Positions 1 to 9,519 are shown, counted from the stretch's first letter. The stretch is 64,000 nucleotides of DNA from an uncultured Steroidobacter sp. (GCA_937864115.1 CALMII010000059.1:116812-180811), one strand, 5' to 3'. A program made the numbers and translations. The notes: a model not told the origin generated them from the sequence alone.

Positions 1-203
1 TTCGCAATGCTCTGCCATGCGCGCAGGAACGTGTCCTGCGCGAGATCGTCCGCCTGTTGCGGGTGGCCGCACACGCGGCGCAGCAGCGCGCGCAGCCAGC
101 GTTCCCTCCGCCGCACGAGTTCCTCGAACGCGATGCGGTCCCGCGACTGCGCCGCGAGCACGAGCGTCGATTCGGGGAGCGCTCTTGCGGCTGCAGGGTC
201 CAT
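1..203 (-). CDS. ECF (sigma-24/RpoE-like) RNA polymerase sigma factor, N-terminal part, runs off window edge
   Basis: Not in ORF track; manual translation from ATG at 203 gives MDPAAARALPESTLVLAAQSRDRIAFEELVRRRERWLRALLRRVCGHPQQADDLAQDTFLRAWQSIA, a typical sigma region 2 (AFEELV..., ADDLAQDTFLRAW). Confidence 0.82.
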   Translation of the reverse strand, partial: MDPAAARALPESTLVLAAQSRDRIAFEELVRRRERWLRALLRRVCGHPQQADDLAQDTFLRAWQSIA

Positions 204-212
204 GCGCGAGCC

Positions 213-848
213 TCACGCTTCCTTGCAGGTCGCGAAAGTCCGCAGGATGAAGAGGCCGAGCGCGGTGAAGCCGATGCCGGTGCACGCGTTTATCGTCGCG
301 CCGATGAGCATGCCGTGAGCCGCGCGCTCGCCCATCGCCGGCGCGATGTAGAACTGCGCGGCGAGCGACAGTCCGGTCGCTGTCGACAGCCCCGATACGC
401 CGAGGAACAGCGTGACGAGCGCAAGGATCGACGCGTAGTCCCAGACCGGCGCCGGCCGGGTCGTGCCGGACAGGAAGCGCATGCTCAGCAGACCCAGCGT
501 CGTGAGTCCGACGCCGCTGCTCAGGTTGATGAGCGCGCCGACCATCATTCCTGCGGCGTCGGCCGTCGATACCAGGAGGTGCGACGCGATCGACAACGCC
601 GTGCCGACGCACAAGCCGCCGACCCCGACGACGAGATTGAACAGCGCAAACCACCTGCCGACGGGACGGCGGGGCGGAACGAGCATCTGCTCGATCAGGG
701 CCGCATCGGCCAGCCGTCCGCTCGCAATGGCCTCACTGATCGTGCGCAACGCCAGCGTGCGCGAGCGATGTCGCAGCCAGCTGGGAATGACGATGACGAT
801 CGCGATGAATCCAAGGAACACGCTGGCAAGGGTGATGAGCTGGCTCAT
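213..848 (-). CDS. DUF6249-like membrane protein with duplicated C-terminal TM hairpin
   Basis: N-terminal TM helix, then RTISEAIASG motif, then two similar Gly-rich 2-TM units; lies directly upstream of the ECF sigma gene, the usual context of this family. Confidence 0.68.
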   Translation of the reverse strand: MSQLITLASVFLGFIAIVIVIPSWLRHRSRTLALRTISEAIASGRLADAALIEQMLVPPRRPVGRWFALFNLVVGVGGLCVGTALSIASHLLVSTADAAGMMVGALINLSSGVGLTTLGLLSMRFLSGTTRPAPVWDYASILALVTLFLGVSGLSTATGLSLAAQFYIAPAMGERAAHGMLIGATINACTGIGFTALGLFILRTFATCKEA

Positions 849-879
849 GGCCGATTCCTGACGGTGCAGTGCACGTGAG

Positions 880-907
880 GACGAGATTCGGACTCGTATT
901 GGATGCA
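880..907 (-). promoter_or_regulatory. Candidate ECF-type promoter (TGCATCC-N17-CGTC)
   Basis: Minus strand reads TGCATCC aatacgagtccgaatct CGTC about 30 nt upstream of the DUF6249 ATG; resembles generic ECF -35/-10 elements. Inference only. Confidence 0.3.
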
Positions 908-1051
908 GCCGTGCGAGAGTCTGTCAGCGGCTTTGCAGGTGCGGAGTCGCTCGCCTGTGTCGCCCGCGCCGGGGCCAGTGGCGAGATGGCAGGTGTCGCC
1001 GCGGGAGCGGCGTGTCTCGTCATGAACCAGGACAGTCCTTGTCGCGTCTCA

Positions 1052-1897
1052 TTATTCCCCGGCCAGCCACTCGATCCGCACACTGCCGGTCTTGTCCGGC
1101 GACAGCAGTCGCAGCAGTTCATCGAGTGTTTCGCGCATCGCGATATCGAGCTGCCAGGGTGGATTCGCGATCAGCAGGCCGGAGCCGTTGAGACCGAGCG
1201 GCGAGTCCTCCGGCTTCAGGTGAAAATCGAGCAGCAGCAACTTCCGCAGACCGGACTGTTGCAGCGAGGCATGAAAGCGCCGGTATTCGCCGCTGGCCTT
1301 GATGGGATACCACACGGCGAACACGCCGTTGGGCCAGCGATCGAGGCCGAACCTGAGTGCCTTTTCGACGGCGGCGAATTCGTCTTCCGCTTCATAGGGC
1401 GGATCGATGAGCACGAGTCCGCGATTCTCTTTCGGCGGCAGATAGGTCTTGAGAGACGCATAACCGTCGCCGGTGATGACCGACATGCCGCGACGCCGCG
1501 GCAGGGATTTCTCCAGTGCGCGCGCTTCCATCGGCTGCTGTTCGACGAAGACGACGCGATCGGTGTCGCGAAGCACGCGCAGTGCGAGCAGGGGCGAGCC
1601 GGCGTACTGGCGGAATTGCCGGGTCGTTTTCTCCGATGCCTCGGACGCGATCTGCAGATAGGCGGCGAGATCGGCGTCGGCTGGACGGGCTTCGTGCAGC
1701 CGTCCTGCACCTTCGCGCCATTCGTTGCCCCGCGCGGCATCCTCCGAATGCAGGTCATACAGCCCGCGGCCCGCATGCGTGTCCAGAAAGAACAGCGGCG
1801 TCGGCTTGCGCGTCAGGCGGGCCAGGATGGCCAGCAGTACGACGTGCTTGTGTACATCGGCAAAGTTGCCGGCGTGAAAGGCGTGGCGATAATTCAT
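1052..1897 (-). CDS. rlmJ: 23S rRNA (adenine2030-N6)-methyltransferase RlmJ
   Basis: MNYRHAFHAGNFADVHKH N-terminus, DTHAGRGLY, YAGSP and LIDPPYE motifs. Confidence 0.96.
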   Translation of the reverse strand: MNYRHAFHAGNFADVHKHVVLLAILARLTRKPTPLFFLDTHAGRGLYDLHSEDAARGNEWREGAGRLHEARPADADLAAYLQIASEASEKTTRQFRQYAGSPLLALRVLRDTDRVVFVEQQPMEARALEKSLPRRRGMSVITGDGYASLKTYLPPKENRGLVLIDPPYEAEDEFAAVEKALRFGLDRWPNGVFAVWYPIKASGEYRRFHASLQQSGLRKLLLLDFHLKPEDSPLGLNGSGLLIANPPWQLDIAMRETLDELLRLLSPDKTGSVRIEWLAGE

Positions 1898-1966
1898 GGA
1901 ACGGGCCCACAGGCCCCAGGGTCTTAAATTGTGAGTCTCAACCGTTTCGGAGCCGGGAGATGATGA

Positions 1967-2599
1967 ATGATGATCAGGACCATCGCCATCGCATTGCTCG
2001 CAATCGCCGGCTCGCCGGCCCTATCGGTCATGGCTGCTGAATCAGACGGCGCTGCGGCAGCAGAAGCGTCGGCCCTGGCCCGACAGACGCTGGCGGCCCA
2101 TCTGAAGACAGCGGAGGGCGAACTGCAGGTCGATTCGGTGGAGCCGCGCACCTGGAACGATTCCAGCCTCGGCTGCGGCAAGCCCGGAACCATGGCGCTG
2201 CAGGTCATCACGGAGGGCTACGCGGTGACGCTGCAGGCGGCCGGTCGCACGTACCGCGTGCACGTCGCCGGCAAGAACGCCGTGGTGTGCGATCAGCCAT
2301 TGCTGACGCGCAAGGAACAGAGCCGGCCCGCTCACGCGCGCGGCCTGGACGTGATGATCGAGAAGGCGCGCGCGGATCTGGCGATGCGTCTGCAGGCCGA
2401 TCCGGCTGCCATCCGCCTGCAGGGCACGCGGCCGCAGCAGTGGCGCGACAACACGCTGGATTGTCCCCGGGCTGACGAAGCGGTGGTGGCGCAGCCCGTC
2501 AACGGATTCAAGCTTTTCCTGCGCTACCAGGGGCGCATCTATACCTATCACTCCGACCTGAGCGACGTACGCGCCTGTCCGCCGATCGAAAGCCAGTAG
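1967..2599 (+). CDS. Secreted protein with two tandem copies of a W-x-D-x-x-L-(G/D)-C domain
   Basis: Signal peptide (MMIRTIAIALLAIAG...AMAA); internal repeats WNDSSLGCGKPG...GYAVTLQAAGRTYRVH and WRDNTLDCPRAD...GFKLFLRYQGRIYTYH. Confidence 0.75.
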   Translation: MMIRTIAIALLAIAGSPALSVMAAESDGAAAAEASALARQTLAAHLKTAEGELQVDSVEPRTWNDSSLGCGKPGTMALQVITEGYAVTLQAAGRTYRVHVAGKNAVVCDQPLLTRKEQSRPAHARGLDVMIEKARADLAMRLQADPAAIRLQGTRPQQWRDNTLDCPRADEAVVAQPVNGFKLFLRYQGRIYTYHSDLSDVRACPPIESQ

Positions 2600-2622
2600 C
2601 GGCCGCTTCGATTCCTTCCGTC

Positions 2623-2657
2623 AGAAATGAAGAAGGGCCACCTTGCGGTGGCCCTTC
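2623..2657 (-). terminator. Intrinsic terminator for the S8 protease gene (possibly bidirectional)
   Basis: 11-bp stem GAAGGGCCACC/GGTGGCCCTTC (2632-2657) with GCAA loop on the minus strand, followed by TTCATTTCT; lies between convergent genes. Confidence 0.75.
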
Positions 2658-2684
2658 GAGTCTGCGATCGGAAGACCGGTCGGA

Positions 2685-5672
2685 TTACTTCCGGCCTTTC
2701 TTCTTCTCGACGTGCACCGACAGTGCCGGCTGCGCCAGCGAGATGTTGTTCTGCAGCAGCCACAGCGACGTGCCGGTCGGACCGCTCATTCCCACGTCGA
2801 CGCTGTCGTTCGGGTCGATGCCGAACGAGTTCAGGTCGGGAACGATTTCCTTCGACAGATCCACCGTGCCGCGCTGCACGTCCTGATCGCCATTGCGTGC
2901 AGTCACCGTCAGCACGTAGCTGAACTTGTCGGGTACCAGGCCCGGGAACTGCGGCGACGACGCCAGCGTGAACGGCAGGGTGAGGACGCGGTCGTTGTAG
3001 TCCCACGTCACGATCGGTGCCCAGTCGATGAAGCCGCCGCCGGTCGCGTCGAACTGCAGCGTCGCGAACTCGCCCGGATCCTGATCGACATAGTCGGAGA
3101 GGTCGGTGCCTTCGAGATAGGCATCGGCGACGCCGTCATTGTCGGCATCGATCTCGAGCAGGAAGTTCAGGTTCGAGAGATGCTCGAACGGACGCTCCAT
3201 GACGAAGCCGAGTTCCAGCACGCCGAGGCCGAGGTAGAAAGCCGGATTGGCGCGACGGAAGCCGACCGCAGCGATCGAGCCGTACGTCCTGTTCTGCCGT
3301 TCACCGCCGATCTTCGCCAGCGTGAAGGCTTCTGCCCAGCCCAGCGACGGACCGAAGTTGCGCAGCTTCACATCGGACAGGCCGTTGTCCGGCAGCACGA
3401 GCACGCTCGATGCCGGATCGACGACGGCGAGATAGCCGACGCGCAGCGAGTCCTTGCCATCGCTGAACACGCACCAGCCATCCACCTCCGTCTGGCTGAC
3501 GACGGCGTCGTCGTACACGCCTTTCTTCCAGGCCGCTTTCGGGTCGAACTTGAACGTGATCTGCGCACTGGTCTTGCCCTTGGCATTCACGCTGACCGTG
3601 CTCGGGCATTTCACTTCGACGCCCGGATAGGTCTGGTTCGGCTCATGGGTCGCGCGGAACGTGCGACGTTTGCCGCTCAGATCCGTCAGCGTGACCTTCT
3701 CGCTTTCGAAGGCGGTGATGAGCGGATTGATGCGACCGAAAGAAACGCCGCCCGGCAAGGCATAACTCGTCAGCGACACGGCCTTGTCGACGCGGATCGA
3801 ACCGACACCCTGGCGGGCGAGATCGGTGTCACCCGACGTATTCGCATCGACCGTGGAGTTCTGCAGCAACGCCTTGATCGCCGCCTGGTCCAGCTTCGGA
3901 TGCTTCTGGCGCAGCAGCGCAGCGGCCCCCGCCGTGTGCGGCGATGCCATGGATGTGCCCTGGATGTTGAGGCTGCCCGTGCCGCTGCCCACGCCGGCCG
4001 AGACGATGGCCACGCCTGGCGCATTGAGGTCCGGCTTGAACGTCGAGCCGCCGCTGCCGGGGCCACGCGAGGAGAACGCAGCGATCTGGTCATCGTCGAG
4101 CGGATTGAGTGCGAGATCGATCGTTGCATTGACGTTGCTTGCCGCAGCCAGCGCAGCACCGTCTGCCTGCGTGATCATCACGCCGGGGATGGTGATGGTT
4201 GCGTCGAGACCGCCCATCACGATGGGATCGCCGGCCGCGTTGTTGTAGACGATGATCGCGCGCGCGCCCGCCTGCTGGGCCTGCGTGTACTTGGCGAGGA
4301 AGCCGCAGGTCCCAGGAAAACCTGTCGGCGCGCCACGAACGAACAGCGCGATGTTTCCTGCGAGCGCGGCGGCGTTGGTGAGCGGCAGACAGCCCTGGCG
4401 CGGTTCTGCCGGTACGACCTGTCCGGTGATGGGACCGGTACTTGCCAACGTCACAGGTCCTGCCCCTTCGACCGATGGTTTCACTCCGGCGACCGACGCC
4501 GGCGCCGTGACGTTCACGCGCGACGACAATCGTCCACCGGGAGTATTGGCTGCCGTCGAAATCGCCGATGAGGCGACGCCCGGTGCGCCCGTGACGTAAG
4601 GCGTGTTGCCTTCGTTGCCGGCAGACGTTGCGACGATGATGCCGACCTTCGCGGCATTGTTCGTCGAGATCGCCGACGGATCGTCCGGTTCGCCGAAGGG
4701 CGAACCGAGGCTCATGTTGATCACGTCGAGGTGATCGCTCATGTCGCCGTCGCCGTTCGGATCCATCGCCCATTCGATGGCGAGCGAGGTCAGGTCGGTG
4801 CTGCCGCCGGCATCGCCGAAGACCTTGAGCGCATAGAGTGCTGCGCCAGGCGCCACGCCCGCTCCGACGCTGCCTGCCACGCCGAGGCCGGCCGCGGTGC
4901 CGGCGACGTGCGTGCCGTGACCATTGCCGTCGAGCGGATCGCCGTCGGGTTGCGGCACGGAGGTGGGGATGTTCGCGTTGTAGGTCGGGCCGGCGAAGTC
5001 GTAGCCGCCCTTCACTTTCGCCGTCGGGAACGTGCCCGGCTCGACGATGCTCTTGTTGTTGCCGGCGTAGTCGGCCGGATTGCCGCTGCCGCCGAAATCG
5101 GCATGCGTGTAGTCGATGCCGGTGTCGATGATGCCGATCTTGACGCCTTCACCTTTGCCGAGCGCAGCCCAGACTGCCGGCGCGCCGATCCACGGCACGC
5201 TGTCGATGTTGTCGAGCGTGTGGATTTCGACGCGGCCCACCGAACGCACGCCGGGCAGCGAGCGCAGGCTGTCGAGTTCTGCAGGATCCACGTTGATGCG
5301 GATGCCGTTGGCGGCCACGCGCTGCGTGGAGAGGATCTCCGCGCCGTGGCTTGCGAGCACGGATCTCATCTGCACCTGCTGCTGCGATACGCGCTCGGCT
5401 TGTGCGCGCTGTGCCGCAGGCGATGCGAATGAGCCCTGCGTTTCGAGCGCCTGCGCGTTGAGTTCGGCGACGGCGGGCTGGTCGAGTTGCACGAAGACCT
5501 GCACGCGCTTGCGCGGCTGGTCGAGCGATTTGCCGTGCAGTTTGAGAGAGGGAGCAGCGCCGCGCGGCTTCGCTTCGCCGGCCGCCTGCGTCGCCAGGGG
5601 CACGACCGCGAGCGCTGTAGTCAACAGCGTGCCTGCGATCACCGATCGCAAGCCGGGTACAGAGTGATCCAT
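2685..5672 (-). CDS. Secreted S8 subtilase (Vpr/C5a-peptidase-like) with I9 propeptide and PA domain
   Basis: Catalytic triad motifs GIIDTG, HGTHVAG, GTSMASPH; PA insert (IALFVRG...AIIVYNN); signal peptide after MDHSVP. Start set at ATG 5672 rather than ORF-track 5801. Confidence 0.92.
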   Translation of the reverse strand: MDHSVPGLRSVIAGTLLTTALAVVPLATQAAGEAKPRGAAPSLKLHGKSLDQPRKRVQVFVQLDQPAVAELNAQALETQGSFASPAAQRAQAERVSQQQVQMRSVLASHGAEILSTQRVAANGIRINVDPAELDSLRSLPGVRSVGRVEIHTLDNIDSVPWIGAPAVWAALGKGEGVKIGIIDTGIDYTHADFGGSGNPADYAGNNKSIVEPGTFPTAKVKGGYDFAGPTYNANIPTSVPQPDGDPLDGNGHGTHVAGTAAGLGVAGSVGAGVAPGAALYALKVFGDAGGSTDLTSLAIEWAMDPNGDGDMSDHLDVINMSLGSPFGEPDDPSAISTNNAAKVGIIVATSAGNEGNTPYVTGAPGVASSAISTAANTPGGRLSSRVNVTAPASVAGVKPSVEGAGPVTLASTGPITGQVVPAEPRQGCLPLTNAAALAGNIALFVRGAPTGFPGTCGFLAKYTQAQQAGARAIIVYNNAAGDPIVMGGLDATITIPGVMITQADGAALAAASNVNATIDLALNPLDDDQIAAFSSRGPGSGGSTFKPDLNAPGVAIVSAGVGSGTGSLNIQGTSMASPHTAGAAALLRQKHPKLDQAAIKALLQNSTVDANTSGDTDLARQGVGSIRVDKAVSLTSYALPGGVSFGRINPLITAFESEKVTLTDLSGKRRTFRATHEPNQTYPGVEVKCPSTVSVNAKGKTSAQITFKFDPKAAWKKGVYDDAVVSQTEVDGWCVFSDGKDSLRVGYLAVVDPASSVLVLPDNGLSDVKLRNFGPSLGWAEAFTLAKIGGERQNRTYGSIAAVGFRRANPAFYLGLGVLELGFVMERPFEHLSNLNFLLEIDADNDGVADAYLEGTDLSDYVDQDPGEFATLQFDATGGGFIDWAPIVTWDYNDRVLTLPFTLASSPQFPGLVPDKFSYVLTVTARNGDQDVQRGTVDLSKEIVPDLNSFGIDPNDSVDVGMSGPTGTSLWLLQNNISLAQPALSVHVEKKKGRK

Positions 5673-5902
5673 TGGAAAATCCCCGAGGTTGTTATGGCGC
5701 CTGATGCGCTTTCGCCGGGGATGGGCTGTCGCTCGAGCGCACATCCAGTCCGCGTCGAAACTCGCACCTCCTTGCGTGCAGGCGACACTGCCCGAACGCA
5801 ACGGGACGCGAGCCGCAGCAGATGGCCGCAGTGAACCTGCAACTGACGGGAACCCGATTGCGGCTCGCGCAATCGTCGCGACGGACGCTACTCCGCGTGT
5901 TG

Positions 5903-5918
5903 TGTGAATTCAATCACG
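5903..5918. promoter_or_regulatory. CRP/Clp-like binding site upstream of the S8 protease
   Basis: TGTGA-ATTCAA-TCACG matches TGTGA-N6-TCACA at 9 of 10 positions, about 230 nt upstream of the protease ATG. Confidence 0.35.
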
Positions 5919-6008
5919 CTATTGGGCAGTCGCAGAACGCGCGAACGACACGGCGACTCGCGCTGCTGCTTGTATACAGATGCTGCGAATCGCGCAGCGA
6001 GCGGTGAA

Positions 6009-6956
6009 TCAGACGGGAGTCGACGTGCTGCGGCTGTCGAGTTCGCGCAGCCAGTCGCGCGGGCGCAGGAATTCTTCGTAGAGACGCGCTTCGGGCGAAC
6101 CGGACGCGGGATGCCAGTCGTATTCCCAGCGCGCGAGCGGCGGCATCGACATGAGGATGGATTCGGTACGTCCGCCGGACTGCAGGCCGAACGAAGTGCC
6201 GCGGTCGTATACCAGATTGAATTCGACATAACGGCCGCGGCGATACAACTGGAACTGACGCTCGCGTTCGCCCCACGACATCGCACTGCGTCGCGCAACG
6301 ATCGGCAGGTAGGCGTCGAGGAAATGGTCGCCGACGCTGCGTTGATAGGCGAAGCAGCGCTCGAAGCCCCAGGCGTTGAGGTCGTCGAAGAACAGGCCGC
6401 CGACGCCGCGGGTTTCGTTGCGATGCTTGAGGAAGAAGTAGCGGTCGCACCAGTCCTTGTGTTCGCGATAGACGTCTGCGCCGAACGGTTCGCACGCACG
6501 CTGCGCGGTGCGATGCCAGTGCAGCACGTCCTCATCGAATGGATAGAACGGCGTGAGATCGAAACCGCCGCCGAACCACCAGGCAGACTGTGCGCCGCTG
6601 TCTGCATTGAAGAACCGCACATTGGCGTGGGTCGTCGGGATGTAGGGATTCGTCGGATGGATCACCAGCGAAACACCCATCGCTTCCCATGCGGCGCCGG
6701 CGAGCTCCGGTCGCTGTGCGGTGGCGGAGGGCGGCAGCTTCGCGCCTTTCACGTGCGAGAAGTTGACGCCGGCCTGTTCGAAGATGCCGCCATCGCGCAG
6801 CACGCGGCTGTCGCCGCCGCCGCCTTCGGCGCGCTGCCAGGTGTCGCTGCGGAAGCGCGCCTTGCCGTCGATCTGTTCGAGGCCCGCGCAGATGCGGTTC
6901 TGCAGCTCGCGCAGATAGGCGAGCACGGCGTCGACATTGGCAGGGCCCGTGGTCAT
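6009..6956 (-). CDS. hemF: Oxygen-dependent coproporphyrinogen III oxidase
   Basis: [51 protein letters not shown] motifs. Confidence 0.97.
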   Translation of the reverse strand: MTTGPANVDAVLAYLRELQNRICAGLEQIDGKARFRSDTWQRAEGGGGDSRVLRDGGIFEQAGVNFSHVKGAKLPPSATAQRPELAGAAWEAMGVSLVIHPTNPYIPTTHANVRFFNADSGAQSAWWFGGGFDLTPFYPFDEDVLHWHRTAQRACEPFGADVYREHKDWCDRYFFLKHRNETRGVGGLFFDDLNAWGFERCFAYQRSVGDHFLDAYLPIVARRSAMSWGERERQFQLYRRGRYVEFNLVYDRGTSFGLQSGGRTESILMSMPPLARWEYDWHPASGSPEARLYEEFLRPRDWLRELDSRSTSTPV

Positions 6957-6968
6957 CGTGCGTGAGCG

Positions 6969-9491
6969 TTACTTGCCCGGCTTCTTGCTCTTCGCCGATT
7001 TCGCCGGCGCTGCTTTCGCTTTTCTGGCCGGCGCTTTCTTCGTGGGTGCCTTTGCTGTCGCTGTCTTTTTCGCCGCAGGCTTGGTCGCCGTCTTCGCAGC
7101 AGCCTTCAGCGGTTTTTCCTTTGCCTCGGCCGCGGGTGCTGCCACCGTCTTGGCGGCAGCTTTCTTCATGCCGAAGCGGCCGCGGCGTACGGGTGCTGCT
7201 GCGAGCAGTTCCTTGCACTCGTCCAGCGTCAGCGTTTTCGGCTCGCGTTCCTTGGGGATCTTCGCGTTCTTCACGCGATCGGTGATGTACGGACCGTAGC
7301 GGCCGTTCAGCACCTGGATGCCCGCTTCCGGGAAATCGAGAATGATGCGGTTGGCGTCGAGCTCTTCCTTCGCCTGGATCAGTTCCATCGCGCGCGGCAG
7401 TTCGACCGTGTAGGGATCGTCGTCCTTGATCGAGGCGTACTTCTTGTCGCCGTACTGCACGTACGGCCCGAAGCGGCCGATGGCGACGCGGATCGGCTTG
7501 CCGTCCGGCATGTGACCGAGCGTGCGCGGCAGCTTGAAGAGTTCGAGCGCGTCGGCGAGGACGATGCTGTCCATGCGCTGGTGCGGACGCAGGCTGGCGA
7601 ATTTGGGTTTCTCTTCGTCGTCCTTGGTGCCCATCTGCACGAACGGGCCGTACTTGCCATAGCGCACGGAAATGGGTTTGCCGGTTACCGGATCCTTGCC
7701 GAGTTCGCGCGCTTCGGAAACGTCTTCGCGCGTCACCGACTTGTCGACGAAGTCGACCTGGTGCTTGAAGTCCTTCCAGAACTTGTCGAGCACCGGCACC
7801 CACTGTTCTCTGCCGTCGGCAATTTCGTCGAGATCGTCTTCCATCTTGGCGGTGAAGCCATAGTTGACGTAGTGCTCGAAATTGCGAGTGAGGAATTTGT
7901 TGACGAGCTTGCCGAGATCGGTGGGGAAGAATCGCTTGTTGAGCAGTTCCGCGTACTTCTTGTTCGTCAGCGTCTGGATGATGCTGGCGTACGTCGACGG
8001 TCGGCCGATGCCGTACTCTTCCAGCGCCTTCACGAGGCTCGCTTCCGAGTAGCGCGGCGGCGGTTCGGTGAAGTGCTGTTCGGGGCGGACTTCCAGCAGC
8101 TTCAGCTCGTCGCCGACCTGCAGCGGCGGCAGGATGCGGTCGTTGTCGTCGTCCGCGACGTCGTCGAGCCCTTCCTTATATACAGCGATATAGCCGGGCT
8201 TCACGAGCGTCGAGCCATTGGCGCGCAGCACGGCCGCGGCGCCTTCGCGCTTGGCGCTCTTGCCGGGCACGAGATCGACCGCGACGGTGTCGTACACCGC
8301 CGGTTCCATCTGGCTGGCGACGGCGCGCTTCCAGATCAGGCTGTAGAGCTTGAGCTGTTCCGGGTCGATCTTGCCTTCGAGCCGTTCCGGCGTGATCGAG
8401 GCGGAGGTCGGACGAATCGCTTCGTGCGCTTCCTGCGCGTTCTTCGACTTGGTCTTGTAGACGCGCGGCGCCTCCGGCACCGAATCCCTGCCGTACATCT
8501 TCTCGATGACCTGGCGGATCTCAGTGATGGCCTCGTTGGCGAGGTTGACCGAGTCGGTACGCATATAAGTAATGAGACCGACGGCGCCTTCGCCGAAGTC
8601 GACGCCTTCATAGAGCTGCTGCGCGGTGCGCATGGTGCGCTGGGCGCCGAAGCCGAGCTTGCGCGCGGCTTCCTGTTGCAGCGTCGACGTGGTGAACGGC
8701 GGAGCGGGGTTGCGCTTGCGCTGCTTGCGGTCGATGGAGGCGACGCTGAGAAGACCGCCGGCCGCCTTCTCGATGCCGGCGCGCACGTCGTTCGCCTGCG
8801 CTTCGTTCGTGACGGTGAACTGCTCGACCTTCTCGCCGCCGTATTCGATCAGGCGCGACGGGAATGTCTGTGCGGCCTTCTGGGCGTCGGCGTCGATGGT
8901 CCAGTATTCGCGCGCGACGAACTTGGCAATCTCTTCTTCGCGCTCGCAGATCAGTCGCAGCGCCGGGCTCTGCACGCGGCCGGCGGACGCACCGGGCAGG
9001 CCGGCCTTCTTCCACAGAAGCGGCGACAGATTGAAGCCGACGAGATAGTCGAGCGCGCGCCGCGCCTGCTGTGCATTCACCAGATCCACGGAAATCTCGC
9101 GCGGCTGCTGGATGGCTTCGCGGATCGCGTTCTTGGTGATTTCGTAGAAGACGACGCGATGCACGTCCTTGCCGTCGAGCGCGTTGAAATCCTTCAGCAG
9201 TTCGGTGAGATGCCAGGAAATCGCCTCGCCCTCGCGATCGGGGTCGGTTGCGAGATAGAGAGCGCCGGCTTTTTTCAGTGCCCGTGCAATCGCCTGCACG
9301 TGCTTTTCGTTCTTTTCCAGGATCTGGTAACGCATCGCGAACTTGTGCTTCGGATCGACCGCACCTTCCTTCGGTACGAGATCGCGCACATGGCCATAGG
9401 ACGCCAGTACCTCGAAGTTGTTGCCGAGATACTTCTTGATGGTCTTCGCCTTGGCAGGCGATTCGACGATGACGAGATTTTTCTGATCCAT
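6969..9491 (-). CDS. topA: DNA topoisomerase I with Topo_C repeats and Lys/Ala-rich tail
   Basis: LVIVESPAK TOPRIM start, ATDPDREGEAI, SAGRVQS, GLITYMRTDS (catalytic Tyr); C-terminal GRFGPYV-type repeats; no Cys4 zinc ribbons. Confidence 0.97.
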   Translation of the reverse strand: MDQKNLVIVESPAKAKTIKKYLGNNFEVLASYGHVRDLVPKEGAVDPKHKFAMRYQILEKNEKHVQAIARALKKAGALYLATDPDREGEAISWHLTELLKDFNALDGKDVHRVVFYEITKNAIREAIQQPREISVDLVNAQQARRALDYLVGFNLSPLLWKKAGLPGASAGRVQSPALRLICEREEEIAKFVAREYWTIDADAQKAAQTFPSRLIEYGGEKVEQFTVTNEAQANDVRAGIEKAAGGLLSVASIDRKQRKRNPAPPFTTSTLQQEAARKLGFGAQRTMRTAQQLYEGVDFGEGAVGLITYMRTDSVNLANEAITEIRQVIEKMYGRDSVPEAPRVYKTKSKNAQEAHEAIRPTSASITPERLEGKIDPEQLKLYSLIWKRAVASQMEPAVYDTVAVDLVPGKSAKREGAAAVLRANGSTLVKPGYIAVYKEGLDDVADDDNDRILPPLQVGDELKLLEVRPEQHFTEPPPRYSEASLVKALEEYGIGRPSTYASIIQTLTNKKYAELLNKRFFPTDLGKLVNKFLTRNFEHYVNYGFTAKMEDDLDEIADGREQWVPVLDKFWKDFKHQVDFVDKSVTREDVSEARELGKDPVTGKPISVRYGKYGPFVQMGTKDDEEKPKFASLRPHQRMDSIVLADALELFKLPRTLGHMPDGKPIRVAIGRFGPYVQYGDKKYASIKDDDPYTVELPRAMELIQAKEELDANRIILDFPEAGIQVLNGRYGPYITDRVKNAKIPKEREPKTLTLDECKELLAAAPVRRGRFGMKKAAAKTVAAPAAEAKEKPLKAAAKTATKPAAKKTATAKAPTKKAPARKAKAAPAKSAKSKKPGK

Positions 9492-9519
9492 AAAAAAGAA
9501 AACCGCGGGGGTCCGCGGT
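9492..9519 (-). terminator. Terminator-like hairpin plus U-tract abutting the topA start codon
   Basis: Minus strand reads ACCGCGG-ACCC-CCGCGGT-TTTCTTTTTT-ATG(topA). Confidence 0.5.

Noticed and set aside
5673-6008. Riboswitch or small RNA in the long leader of the S8 gene
   Set aside because: No recognisable aptamer consensus by eye; an Infernal/Rfam scan would be needed.
6957-6968. Absence of tsaC (Sua5/YrdC) between topA and hemF, where I recall it often lies
   Set aside because: Simple gene-order variation; no remnant visible and nothing testable within the window.
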